A stretch of 61,544 nt of DNA from Candidatus Enterousia avistercoris (GTDB lineage: Bacteria; Pseudomonadota; Alphaproteobacteria; Rs-D84), in NCBI GenBank assembly GCA_017694255.1, contig JADINC010000023.1:1-61544 (forward strand), in the 5' to 3' direction. Made by a program: the position numbers and the translations under genes. How positions within the stretch are numbered: the first letter of the stretch is position 1; every line of letters begins with the position of its first letter. Below, piece by piece: positions 8,440 through 17,500 of this stretch. Below the pieces are notes generated by a model that worked only from the letters and a program-made list of their open reading frames with translations, ran no database searches and was not told the origin of the DNA.

Positions 8440-9891
8440 TTATTCGGCACCACCACGTGCGATAACTTCCCAAGAATAGTTACCCGCACCGGACGATACC
8501 AATACGCATTTGTTTTCGGAATCCGCACAAGCATCTGTTGGTGCCGGAATTGCTGCATTGGCGGTTGCCTGCGCTGCATCCGCGGCTTCCTGGGCGGCAT
8601 CTGCTGCATCTTGCGCCGCACCTGCAGCAGTGTTTGCACCGTCAGCGGTTGTCTTTACTTCATTGATAGCCCCAACAACTGTCTTGTTTGTTGTTGCCAA
8701 AGAGTTATCTGTTTTATCCTGTTTCAATGCCAGGTTTGCATCAGTCGCCATACCGGCAATTTCTTCCTTGGTGGCATATGTCGTTGTGATTACATTACCA
8801 GATGCGTCCGCCGTTGCACGTGCCGCTGTGGCATCTGAATCCAACTTGCCGGCCAAACCACTTGTCAAGGCAGTCGTTGTTGCAAATTCAGACGCATTAT
8901 GTGTGACGATGTCACCATAACCACCAATTGTTGACTCTACCGCGTCAACAGCACTTTGTGCACCGGTTGCCGTGCTCTGTGCAGCGGCGGCCTCGCCCGC
9001 TACTTCCTTGATAGCGGTCACAACTGTTGTCGCTGTTGTACCCATGTTTTCTGCTGAAACAGCGCCAACCTGACCTTCCAACGTCTTTGCAGCGTATGCC
9101 GCATTGGCATCGGTCTCGGTCACATAATCGTCCAAATCAGCCTGTTGCAACGCAGTATCGGCTTTGTCCAAAGATGCATTAATTGATGCATTCAGATCAC
9201 CTTCTGCAATCGTCCCATCAGTTATATCAGCACTGGTTACTGTACTTTTGGTCGCCAAAGTACCCAAACCAGAAACCTGAGTATTCGCAATTGTCGCAGC
9301 GGATGTAATATTACCAGTGCCATCTGTTGTTACGATATGGTTTGCTGCCTCTGCCCCCATATTTTTATCTTGCTTGTCTGTTTGCAATTCGGCAATGTCG
9401 GCTTCGGCTGCGTCCAAATCACTTTGAATTTGTTCCACAGTGTCGCTTGATGCAATATTTTCCGTCGCAGCAGTAATTGCGGTATTTACCGCCGCCGCAG
9501 ATGGATATTTTGTATCGTCTGTCTTGCCGGTGGCCCAACCCGCGGTATTAACCATATTTGTCTTTACCTGCATATCGGAAATCGCAGCCGGCTGAACCGC
9601 TGTATCTGCTTTTGTCCCCTGGGCTGCGGTTGCAAATTCAGATGCATTATGCGTCACAACATCGCCATAGGTTTCCATTGTACCCTGGATAGTGTCAATT
9701 TCGCCCTCGGCCGCTTCAACACGGCCATCTAACGCAGTAACGGTTGTGGTATCTGCCTTGGCCCCAATTGCAGATGTCAATGCCTTATTAATATCATCAA
9801 CATAGCCCTTGGACGCGATTTCTGCATGTGCGGCCCCGGTTGCCACCACGGCCAGCAAAGATGCAAATATACCTGCGGTTAATTTTTTCAT
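8440..9891 (-). CDS. Secreted fibrous repeat protein, paralog C
   Basis: Signal peptide MKKLTAGIFASLLAVVATGAAHA. Contains EIASKGYVD, two copies of YGD(V/I)VTHNASEFAT, ARATADASGNVITTTYATK and VVGAINEV. The C-terminus reads C-x6-C-VLVSSGAGNYSWEVI. Confidence 0.8.
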   Translation of the reverse strand: MKKLTAGIFASLLAVVATGAAHAEIASKGYVDDINKALTSAIGAKADTTTVTALDGRVEAAEGEIDTIQGTMETYGDVVTHNASEFATAAQGTKADTAVQPAAISDMQVKTNMVNTAGWATGKTDDTKYPSAAAVNTAITAATENIASSDTVEQIQSDLDAAEADIAELQTDKQDKNMGAEAANHIVTTDGTGNITSAATIANTQVSGLGTLATKSTVTSADITDGTIAEGDLNASINASLDKADTALQQADLDDYVTETDANAAYAAKTLEGQVGAVSAENMGTTATTVVTAIKEVAGEAAAAQSTATGAQSAVDAVESTIGGYGDIVTHNASEFATTTALTSGLAGKLDSDATAARATADASGNVITTTYATKEEIAGMATDANLALKQDKTDNSLATTNKTVVGAINEVKTTADGANTAAGAAQDAADAAQEAADAAQATANAAIPAPTDACADSENKCVLVSSGAGNYSWEVIARGGAE

Positions 9892-9954
9892 TTTTCTTTC
9901 CTTTCTTTGTTTTGTTGTTTTTTTATTTTTCTATTTTCCAATCCGTTTTCGACC

Positions 9955-12207
9955 TTAATCAGCAGGCGCCGTAACATTCGTCCACGCCAACTGCCCACCT
10001 GGCGTTATGGTCAACACACACAGCCCCGATTCCGCCATACAGTCATCATCTGGCTGGGGAACGGCCAACGTAGTAATTTGGTTGTCTGTTTCCGTTTTCG
10101 TGTATGTATCTGCTTTGTCCGCCTTGTTATTAACCTGGGTTTGCATTTGCGAAACCTGGTTACTGATCGCTTGGAAATTACCCTCGGTCGCCAGACCAGA
10201 TGTTTTTTCATTAACTTCGTTAATCGCATCTACCAGGTTCTGGGCCGAAACGGTCAAACTTTCCATAGTACCAATATCTGATTCTGCCGACGACACACGC
10301 GTTTCCAACGCATTTACATCGTCTGTATCTGCCTTGGCCCCCAGTGCGTTATATACCGCCAACGCCGATGGATATTGGGTATTTTGGGCCGTGGCATTAA
10401 TTTCACTAACCCGCGCCGATACATCTTGTTTCTTGTTCAAAGCCGATTCCGCTGTTGAAACGCGTTCGGTTAAACCTGAAATGCCCGATGTATTGGTGGC
10501 GACATTGGCGCTTAAATCATTTACAGATTTCACCAATCCCGATTCCGCGTTACCAACCGTTGTTGTTAATGCGCCAATACCCGATTCATTCGTATCCACA
10601 CGTTCTGTCAATGTTGCCAGATCGTCCGTGGCGTCATTCACGGCACCAAAGACCTCGTTCACGGCACCAACCAGGTTTGTTTTCTCGCCCGTGGCCAGGT
10701 TACCAACCGTGCCAATTGCGGCCGCATTTGTATCAACACGCCCGGTTAATGTGCTTAAATCTTTTTGGATTTGTTGCACCGTGCCATCGGCCGCCATGCC
10801 GCCAATCGCCTTATCCAGTTCATTAATCGCACCAACCAAATTATCTTTATTTTCCGTGGTCAATTCAGATTTTGCGCCGATATCTGTCAGTGCCTGTTGC
10901 GCGTGTGTGGCCGCGTTATTTGCAACGGTTTCTGTTGACTTAGGTGCATATGTTTTGTCCGCCACATCCTTGGTCAACATGTCCGCAGTCGCCGTGTCAA
11001 CATACGATTCGGTTGCATAGCCGGTTAATGCATCGCTGTCCAATTTGCCCGCCAAGCCAGATTCCAAAGCCGCAGTTGTGGCATATCCAGATAAAGAATC
11101 CGTCGTCGCGTATCCCGCTAATGATTCCTTGGTCGCGTATGTTCCTGCCACTTCTGCCGTCTTGGCATAGCCCGCCAAATCCGCTGACGTTAACATCCCA
11201 GAAATATCTGCATCTGTGGCATAGCCATCCAATTCGCCCTTGGTCGCGTATGTATCCGCCGCACTTTCCGTGGTTAAATAATCACCCAACGATTCGGTTG
11301 TTGCGTATTTAGATAACTCGCTGGCGTCGGCCTTGCCCGCTAATGATTCCTTGGTCGCGTATGTATCCGCCGCACTTTCCGTGGTTAAATAACCACCCAA
11401 CGATTCGGTTGTTGCATATTTAGATAACTCGCTGGCGTCAGCCTTGTTTGCCATTTGCCCCTGCAGGGTTGTTATATTACCCGCGTTCGTATCAACACGA
11501 CCGGACAATGTTTCAACCGCACTTTGTACCTGACTAGCCGTGGTTTGCGCCGCTTCGGCTGTTTGTTTTGCGGCACTGGCATCCCCGGCTGCTGTTGTTG
11601 CTGCGGCGGCGGCACTGGCTACATCAGCAACCAATCCATCTGAGTCATCACCAACGACCGTCTCTAATGCACCAACCGCCGTTCCCAATTCTTCCACATC
11701 AGACGTCGATGCTTTACCCGCCAATTCTGTTTTCGTTGCGTATGTTGTACCTGCCTCGGTCTTGGTCAACATATCACTTGTTGCGGCTGCAATATCGCCA
11801 TCTGTGGCATAGCCGTCCAATTCGCCCTTGGTCGCGTATGTATCCGTAATAACATTACCTGCCGCGTCCGCGGTTGCACGCGCCGCCGTGTCGCCCGTTC
11901 CCAACTTGCCCGCCAAACCCATGGTCACAGATTCCTGGGTGGCATACGTTTTTTTGGCGTCATCTTTGGTTAAATAATTTTCCAAATCTGCGCCAACGCC
12001 TTCGGACACAATTTGCTCTATACGTCCATCCAGACCATCAACCTGCTCGTCAACATATGTTTTGTCCGCCTTTTGGTCCAATGCTTCTTTGGTTGCGTAT
12101 GTTCTGTTACCATAATCCGTAGTAACCAACGTCGCCGCATTGGCCGCGCCGGCACTTAACAAAATCGCCGCCATAAACCCAGAAAAACGTACATTTCTTT
12201 TTTTCAT
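9955..12207 (-). CDS. Secreted fibrous repeat protein, paralog B
   Basis: Signal peptide ...AAILLSAGAANA. Contains ARATADAAGNVITDTYATK, three copies of NLV(G/D)A(I/V)NE(L/V), an internal 37-aa tandem duplication and QYPSALAV. The C-terminus reads C-x6-C-VLTITPGGQLAWTNV. Confidence 0.8.
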   Translation of the reverse strand: MKKRNVRFSGFMAAILLSAGAANAATLVTTDYGNRTYATKEALDQKADKTYVDEQVDGLDGRIEQIVSEGVGADLENYLTKDDAKKTYATQESVTMGLAGKLGTGDTAARATADAAGNVITDTYATKGELDGYATDGDIAAATSDMLTKTEAGTTYATKTELAGKASTSDVEELGTAVGALETVVGDDSDGLVADVASAAAAATTAAGDASAAKQTAEAAQTTASQVQSAVETLSGRVDTNAGNITTLQGQMANKADASELSKYATTESLGGYLTTESAADTYATKESLAGKADASELSKYATTESLGDYLTTESAADTYATKGELDGYATDADISGMLTSADLAGYAKTAEVAGTYATKESLAGYATTDSLSGYATTAALESGLAGKLDSDALTGYATESYVDTATADMLTKDVADKTYAPKSTETVANNAATHAQQALTDIGAKSELTTENKDNLVGAINELDKAIGGMAADGTVQQIQKDLSTLTGRVDTNAAAIGTVGNLATGEKTNLVGAVNEVFGAVNDATDDLATLTERVDTNESGIGALTTTVGNAESGLVKSVNDLSANVATNTSGISGLTERVSTAESALNKKQDVSARVSEINATAQNTQYPSALAVYNALGAKADTDDVNALETRVSSAESDIGTMESLTVSAQNLVDAINEVNEKTSGLATEGNFQAISNQVSQMQTQVNNKADKADTYTKTETDNQITTLAVPQPDDDCMAESGLCVLTITPGGQLAWTNVTAPAD
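11241..11447. repeat. Near-perfect in-frame tandem duplication (period 111 bp) inside paralog B
   Basis: tggtcgcgtatgtatccgccgcactttccgtggttaaata... starts at 11241 and again at 11352. It encodes SELSKYATTESLG(G/D)YLTTESAADTYATK... twice. Confidence 0.9.
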
Positions 12208-12229
12208 GTCCTTAATCCTAAAAAATCAA

Positions 12230-13948
12230 TTACAGCGCAACATCATACCACATCGTAGCACCAGATCCATCCGTGCCCAGAACCTTGTTATTTCCTGCCC
12301 CTGTGGTCGTCACCATACCTGAAATTTCCGTCTTGGTCGCGTATGTAGTGGCAATATTATTACCCGCCGCATCCGCAGTTGCCCGTGGCGCCGTGCCGTC
12401 TGTTGTGTTAACGTACGTTGTGGACGCCTCTGTCTTGGTCAGCATATCCGCCGTCGCGGTCTGCAAGGCTGTAATATTTGTTTCGTTCGTCGCCACACGC
12501 GATGTCAAACCATCCGCCGCAGACTGCGCCGCTTCGGCTGCTTTTTGCGCTGCCTCTGCCCCGGCAACCGCCGTTGCAATTTTACCAGCCAAACTGGTCA
12601 GACCATTTTCTTCATCATTCACGACCGAATCTAACGCCGCCACATCATCAGAGACTTCCGTCAATTGTGCGGACGTTGCATAACCCGCCAATGCCGTCGT
12701 AACCGCCGACGTAGACGGATAATCCGTATCGCTGTTTGTTAACGTTGTCTTTTTATTTGCCACATCTTCCTTGCCGGTCAACGCCTCTCCCATATCGCCC
12801 GCGACAATATCTGCAACCTTTGAATCAACTTCACCCTTGGTATATGCATCAGTAATACCATATCCCGCCAGCGTTGTTGACTTGTCAGCCTTTTTCGCCA
12901 ATTCCTCATTCACATATTGCGTATTTGCTTTGGCTGCAACTTCCCGTTCTAATTCATCTACATCTGCCTTGACCGCGTATGTATCCGTAATAACATTACC
13001 CGCCGCATCAGCTGTTGCCCGTGGCGCTGTGCCATCTGTTGTGTTAACGTACGTTGTGGATGCTTCGGTCTTGGTCAAATAAGAATCCAATTCGACACCC
13101 GCCAAATCGCCGACCATACCTTCGACTTCTTCCCTTGTGGGGTAATTTGCCAAATCGCCCGATGTAACCATATCAGCGGTCGCCGTGGTTAATTCATCCT
13201 TGGTAGCATAGGTATCCGCAACATCTGCGACTGCATCCGCAATTGCAGCATTCATATCTTCCAGTGATACATATCCATCACCCACGATATCATCAACCGC
13301 GATAATTGTCGTCTTGTCGCCATTACAATCACGAACGATATTTCCACCTTCGACAATAAAATCACAGCCCGCACCCAATTCATAGCGCAATTCGTCAACA
13401 TCAACCAAAATTTCGTTATTTTCAATTGATACGAAATTATTACCAGTGGTCAAAACATCTTGCTTTGTATCAACCGCGCCCTGTAAACCTTCGACATCGC
13501 GCAGCAACACATCAATCTGTTCCCGCAAACCTTCCAGTGTACCGGTATCAATTTCGCCACCAGACGAACCGCCACCCGAAACGGACGAACCACTACCCGG
13601 GTTTTGCGGACGCAACGAACTGCCCCCACTGACAGATGTACCGCCACCCAAATAATGACCAATCGACAAACGTGGTGATGTTGCCACCCGCCCAGACGTT
13701 GTTGAACCCGCACTAATTGAAGCACTGGATCCCGACTGGTTTGATGTCGGTGTTACCCGAACCGATCCACCGCGCACAGATGTTGCTGCACGCGCCCCAG
13801 AATTCGCCGAAGACGCACTGGCAGCACTGGAATATGTACCACTGCCCCCCAAGTTGCGCACTGACGATGCCGCATGCGCGCCAGAAACCATCCCAGCGCA
13901 CAAAACACAAACAATTGTTAATGTTGATATTTTCAGTTCTTTTTTCAC
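12230..13948 (-). CDS. Secreted fibrous repeat protein, paralog A
   Basis: GTG start. Signal peptide ...VCVLCAGMVSGAHA, followed by a Ser/Gly-rich tract. Contains two copies of TKTEASTTYVNTTDGTAPRATADAAGN(V/N)I..TYA(V/T)K, TLAGYGITDAYTKGEVD and DYPSTSAV. The C-terminus reads NKVLGTDGSGATMWYDVAL. Confidence 0.8.
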   Translation of the reverse strand: MKKELKISTLTIVCVLCAGMVSGAHAASSVRNLGGSGTYSSAASASSANSGARAATSVRGGSVRVTPTSNQSGSSASISAGSTTSGRVATSPRLSIGHYLGGGTSVSGGSSLRPQNPGSGSSVSGGGSSGGEIDTGTLEGLREQIDVLLRDVEGLQGAVDTKQDVLTTGNNFVSIENNEILVDVDELRYELGAGCDFIVEGGNIVRDCNGDKTTIIAVDDIVGDGYVSLEDMNAAIADAVADVADTYATKDELTTATADMVTSGDLANYPTREEVEGMVGDLAGVELDSYLTKTEASTTYVNTTDGTAPRATADAAGNVITDTYAVKADVDELEREVAAKANTQYVNEELAKKADKSTTLAGYGITDAYTKGEVDSKVADIVAGDMGEALTGKEDVANKKTTLTNSDTDYPSTSAVTTALAGYATSAQLTEVSDDVAALDSVVNDEENGLTSLAGKIATAVAGAEAAQKAAEAAQSAADGLTSRVATNETNITALQTATADMLTKTEASTTYVNTTDGTAPRATADAAGNNIATTYATKTEISGMVTTTGAGNNKVLGTDGSGATMWYDVAL

Positions 13949-13972
13949 AGCGTACTCTCTCTACCTGAGTTA

Positions 13973-14002
13973 ATGATAACATTTTTTCGCGAATCGGGTC
14001 AA
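13973..14002 (-). promoter_or_regulatory. Candidate sigma70 promoter for the fibre-gene run
   Basis: The minus strand reads TTGACC (14002..13997), an 18-nt spacer, then TATCAT (13978..13973). It lies about 25 nt upstream of the GTG start of paralog A. Confidence 0.35.
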
Positions 14003-14014
14003 CACCATTTTGTG

Positions 14015-14737
14015 TTAAAATTCATATCTGATACCAATTGATATAGAATTATCCAAAATAAAGTCGACTTCGTTTTCAAACCAAACTAAATCATTATCTT
14101 CTGTAACCAGATCATCCACGCGATGATGATACCCGGTCATGCCCGACAAACGGTACCGCAAATCCAGCACCAGATTTTCATCCAGTTCATACGAATACCC
14201 CAGCATTATTCCAGCCATTGGTGCAAAGCCATATTCTGTACGATCGGTTCCATCGGCATATCCAATCAAATCAATTTTTTCGATTGGCATGGCGGCACCA
14301 ACACCCGCACCAACATACAACCCGTTTGTAAAGTCATAGTACAAATTAGCCATAGCATATGGAATCTGTAAACTGTATTGCGCCATTACGTCCGCATCTT
14401 CGAAATACCCCAGATACCCCAGTTCCAGTTCCGCACGCCAGAAATATGCAAAACGCGTACCGCCAAACAAACTGCCACCGAATACTGGTTCAAACGAGAA
14501 ATCATCTGTCCCATATTCTTTATCACCTTGGAAATTATCGCTGGTATCATATTTATTTTTCCAGTTCCAGAACCCCAGTTCTGCACGTCCACCGACATAC
14601 CAACCGGTTTTTGCCTTGTCCGTGTAATTATATGTAACGCGATAACCGCCATCACCCGTACGGGTTAAATAACTGGGCGCCGCAACCGCCGGTGCAGTCA
14701 ACCCAACTAAAATTGCCAAAGATACTATTTTTTTCAT
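14015..14737 (-). CDS. Small outer-membrane beta-barrel protein (OmpA-like/OmpW-like barrel family)
   Basis: Signal peptide MKKIVSLAILVGLTAPAVA, alternating aromatic/Gly beta-strand pattern and terminal IGIRYEF. Start trimmed to the ATG behind AAGGAAAGGAAA. Confidence 0.75.
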   Translation of the reverse strand: MKKIVSLAILVGLTAPAVAAPSYLTRTGDGGYRVTYNYTDKAKTGWYVGGRAELGFWNWKNKYDTSDNFQGDKEYGTDDFSFEPVFGGSLFGGTRFAYFWRAELELGYLGYFEDADVMAQYSLQIPYAMANLYYDFTNGLYVGAGVGAAMPIEKIDLIGYADGTDRTEYGFAPMAGIMLGYSYELDENLVLDLRYRLSGMTGYHHRVDDLVTEDNDLVWFENEVDFILDNSISIGIRYEF

Positions 14738-14876
14738 TTTCCTTTCCTTTTTATATAATTTAGTCATTATAATATTATCACAAAAATACCAATCAATAAA
14801 AGCATAAAAATCATAATTGACATTATTTTATAAAATTTGCTAATCTCTAAAATATAGAAAGTCAAAGGAAGTGATC

Positions 14877-15275
14877 ATGAAAAAAATTCTGTTATCTGTT
14901 GCTGCACTGGGAATGGCGGCCTGCGCGGGTCCTGACCATATTAATGATGACAAGGTTTTCTTTGCATTCGATTCGGCTGAAATATCTGATGAGGCACGCG
15001 AATCACTAGAAGATCAATCATTATATATGAAAAAGAATCCAAACATTAACGTTATTCTCGAAGGTCATTGTGACGAACGCGGTTCAACAGAATATAATTT
15101 AGCCCTGGGCGCATTACGTGCTGGTAACACCGCACACGTTATGATTGCTGATGGTATCGAACCAGAAAGAATCAAAACGATTTCTTATGGCAAAGAACGC
15201 CCACAATATCCTGGTACGGGTGAAGAAGTATGGGCTTTGAACCGTAATTCAACGACCAAGGTTGTTGACGAATAA
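14877..15275 (+). CDS. pal: Peptidoglycan-associated lipoprotein Pal (OmpA-C-like domain)
   Basis: Lipobox LGMAAC. Contains VFFAFDSAEIS...LEGHCDERGSTEYNLALGALRA...ISYGKERP. Confidence 0.9.
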   Translation: MKKILLSVAALGMAACAGPDHINDDKVFFAFDSAEISDEARESLEDQSLYMKKNPNINVILEGHCDERGSTEYNLALGALRAGNTAHVMIADGIEPERIKTISYGKERPQYPGTGEEVWALNRNSTTKVVDE

Positions 15276-15280
15276 TAAAA

Positions 15281-15308
15281 ATGCGCCAATGGCGCATTTT
15301 TATTTTTT
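15281..15308 (+). terminator. Rho-independent terminator after pal
   Basis: atgcgcc-aat-ggcgcat followed by a T-run. Confidence 0.75.
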
Positions 15309-15352
15309 ATGTATGCTTGACCACATGGTCTTTTTTTTATACTATTTTTCAT

Positions 15353-16147
15353 ATGTCTGATAATACCGCTGTTTCATTTGCAAATGTTGGCGCCCAATAT
15401 GATACGGGCCGGGAAGTTTTATCTGATGTATCATTTAACATTGGCGCGGGCGCATTTTATTTTCTGTCTGGGGCATCTGGCGCGGGGAAAACAACATTAC
15501 TGCGCCTGATTTATCAATTACACAGGCCATGTCGTGGACAAATAAAAATATTTGGTCGCATAACAAACGACATGTCGCGTGATGAAATTGCCGCAATGCG
15601 CCATAAAATGGCAATTGTATTCCAGGAATATTCCTTGTTATCGCATATGTCTGTATTTGATAATGTTGCATTGCCATTGCGTGTACGCGGTCTGTCAGAA
15701 TCAAAAATAAAAAAATTAGTTATCAAGGTTCTGGAATGGGTTGGTTTGGCAAAATATGCCGACGCAAACCCGAAAACACTGTCTGGTGGCCAGCAACAGC
15801 GTGTATCTGTGGCCCGCGCAATTATTATCCAGCCTGCAATCTTGCTGGCTGACGAACCGACCGGCAACCTGGACGATGAAAACGCGTCCAGATTAATGGA
15901 ACTGTTTATACAAATGAACAAGACATTTGGCACAACTATTATTCTGGCCACACACAGCAGTAAACTGATGGAAACATATAAATTTCCGGTTATACGTGTT
16001 GAAAATCATCATGTTAAATTTATTGGTGGCACCCCCAGTACCCCTGTGGTCACCCCAACCGATACGAAAAAAATATGGCGTGGTCCAAAACCACAAAACT
16101 ATTTTAACGAACTGTCCAAACAATTTGACGATATTGGGAATGCATAA
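15353..16147 (+). CDS. ftsE: Cell-division ABC ATPase FtsE (with a ~40-aa C-terminal extension)
   Basis: Walker A GASGAGKTT, signature LSGGQQQR and Walker B LLADEPTGNLD. Immediately followed by ftsX. Confidence 0.85.
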   Translation: MSDNTAVSFANVGAQYDTGREVLSDVSFNIGAGAFYFLSGASGAGKTTLLRLIYQLHRPCRGQIKIFGRITNDMSRDEIAAMRHKMAIVFQEYSLLSHMSVFDNVALPLRVRGLSESKIKKLVIKVLEWVGLAKYADANPKTLSGGQQQRVSVARAIIIQPAILLADEPTGNLDDENASRLMELFIQMNKTFGTTIILATHSSKLMETYKFPVIRVENHHVKFIGGTPSTPVVTPTDTKKIWRGPKPQNYFNELSKQFDDIGNA

Positions 16148-16987
16148 ATGACAAAACGACCAATTGTTTTTTCGCTGGTTCGCGAACAATCCGTATTTAT
16201 GACGGTTATAATGTCGCTGTTAACATTTTTGGCGGTATTGGCACTGGGCATTTCATTGGCAATTGGCACGGGTGTGGTACGTTGGAATTCCCAATGGGAA
16301 TTAAGTGCAACGGTCCAGATCACAGATTCTAAAAACGCCGACGCCGTAGAAAAAATCATTAATGACAATCGTGAAAAAATTTCAATTGTAAATGAAATAT
16401 CGACCGAACAAATGCGTGATTTAATGCGCCCATGGATTTCAGGCGGCAGTGCACTGGAAAACTATTTACCAAAGATGTATGAACTGGAATTCAAAACTGT
16501 AAAAGACATGGAAAACATCGCCGGCGAACTGGGCAAACACGCGCGTTTTTTAACCCACGCCCAGGCATTATCTGCATCAACATCTGCGGGATGGAAAATG
16601 ATTGCGATATCTGGATTTGTACTGATATTGGTTTTGGGCACAATTGGTGTGTGCATTTCGTACATTGCGCGAAACACGGCATTATTGCACCGTCGCGAAC
16701 TGGAAATATTGAACCAGATTGGCGCACGTGATGCATATGTTGCCCGCCAGATGCAGGTTATTATTGCGAAAATATGCACCATGGCGGGTGGCATTGGGTT
16801 TATTATTGCAGCGCCATTGTTATTACTGATATTGGCCGCGGCACACAGTGCACGTGTTGGCTTAATGGCGATGTTGGATATATCCGGGGGTGGCTGGATA
16901 ATATTAGTACTGTTGCCAATTTCAATAATCATCTTTTCAATTTGGGTAACGCGCCGTACAACGTTAAACATACTAAAAAACAGCTGA
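16148..16987 (+). CDS. ftsX: Cell-division permease-like protein FtsX
   Basis: Its ATG abuts the ftsE stop. It has an N-terminal TM segment, a periplasmic loop and three C-terminal TM segments (FtsX topology). Confidence 0.75.
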   Translation: MTKRPIVFSLVREQSVFMTVIMSLLTFLAVLALGISLAIGTGVVRWNSQWELSATVQITDSKNADAVEKIINDNREKISIVNEISTEQMRDLMRPWISGGSALENYLPKMYELEFKTVKDMENIAGELGKHARFLTHAQALSASTSAGWKMIAISGFVLILVLGTIGVCISYIARNTALLHRRELEILNQIGARDAYVARQMQVIIAKICTMAGGIGFIIAAPLLLLILAAAHSARVGLMAMLDISGGGWIILVLLPISIIIFSIWVTRRTTLNILKNS

Positions 16988-17496
16988 TGAAATTACTAAC
17001 CCCGTCTTTATTAGTAATATGCGCATTTGTTATTGGTGGTATAGTATTTAAAACATCGGCCCCATGGGAATGCGAAAACATTCGTCCCGACGACAGCGTA
17101 TTTGTATTAACTGGCGACATGCGTCGCATACCATTTGCAATGCGTAAAATGCATGAAAATCCTGATATAGATTTATACATAATTGGCGCAGGTGCCGAAA
17201 ACACATACAACGCCGCCCCCCAGGTTAATATAGAATCAGAATCTAAATCAACATATCAAAACGCGCTGGCTATCAAAGAAATTACCATGCGCGCTGGTCT
17301 GGATAGAATTGTTATAATCACAACCGAAGATCATATAAACCGCGCGAAATATTTAATATCCCACGAAATCCCCACCACAGAAATAGTTTCATGTCCGGTC
17401 CCGTTGGTTGGGATGCCACCTGGAAAAAGACTTGAAAGATGGCTGGTTGAATATATAAAATACATCGCAACAATGTTTGGAATCAAAGAAGGATAA
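16987..17496 (+). CDS. DUF218 (YdcF/ElyC/SanA-like) domain protein
   Basis: Start overlaps the ftsX stop (TGATG). Has an N-terminal TM segment. FVLTGDMRRI ... ESKSTYQNALAIKEI ... IVIITTEDHINRAKYL fits the DUF218 pattern. Confidence 0.6.
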   Translation: MKLLTPSLLVICAFVIGGIVFKTSAPWECENIRPDDSVFVLTGDMRRIPFAMRKMHENPDIDLYIIGAGAENTYNAAPQVNIESESKSTYQNALAIKEITMRAGLDRIVIITTEDHINRAKYLISHEIPTTEIVSCPVPLVGMPPGKRLERWLVEYIKYIATMFGIKEG

Positions 17497-17500
17497 AAAA

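Noticed and set aside
6408-13948. Diversity-generating retroelement or shufflon acting on the tail-fibre-like genes
   Set aside because: No reverse transcriptase or invertase gene lies nearby. Differences between the internal repeat copies are not confined to adenine positions. No inverted sfx-like repeats flank the C-terminal segments.
81-13948. Prophage (integrase at the left edge plus tail-fibre-like genes)
   Set aside because: Housekeeping genes (lepA, rbfA) separate the two. There are no capsid, portal, terminase, tail or lysis genes. The fibre-like proteins carry Sec signal peptides, which phage fibres do not.
6562-13982. Long antisense and alternate-frame ORFs inside the fibre genes (for example 10007..11020 at 337 aa, 8510..8920, 12273..12683, 7627..7965 and 10944..11312)
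   Set aside because: They are shadow ORFs caused by the Ala/Thr/Gly/Val-rich, stop-poor repetitive coding sequence on the minus strand. Only the minus-strand frames have signal peptides, RBS and coherent motifs.
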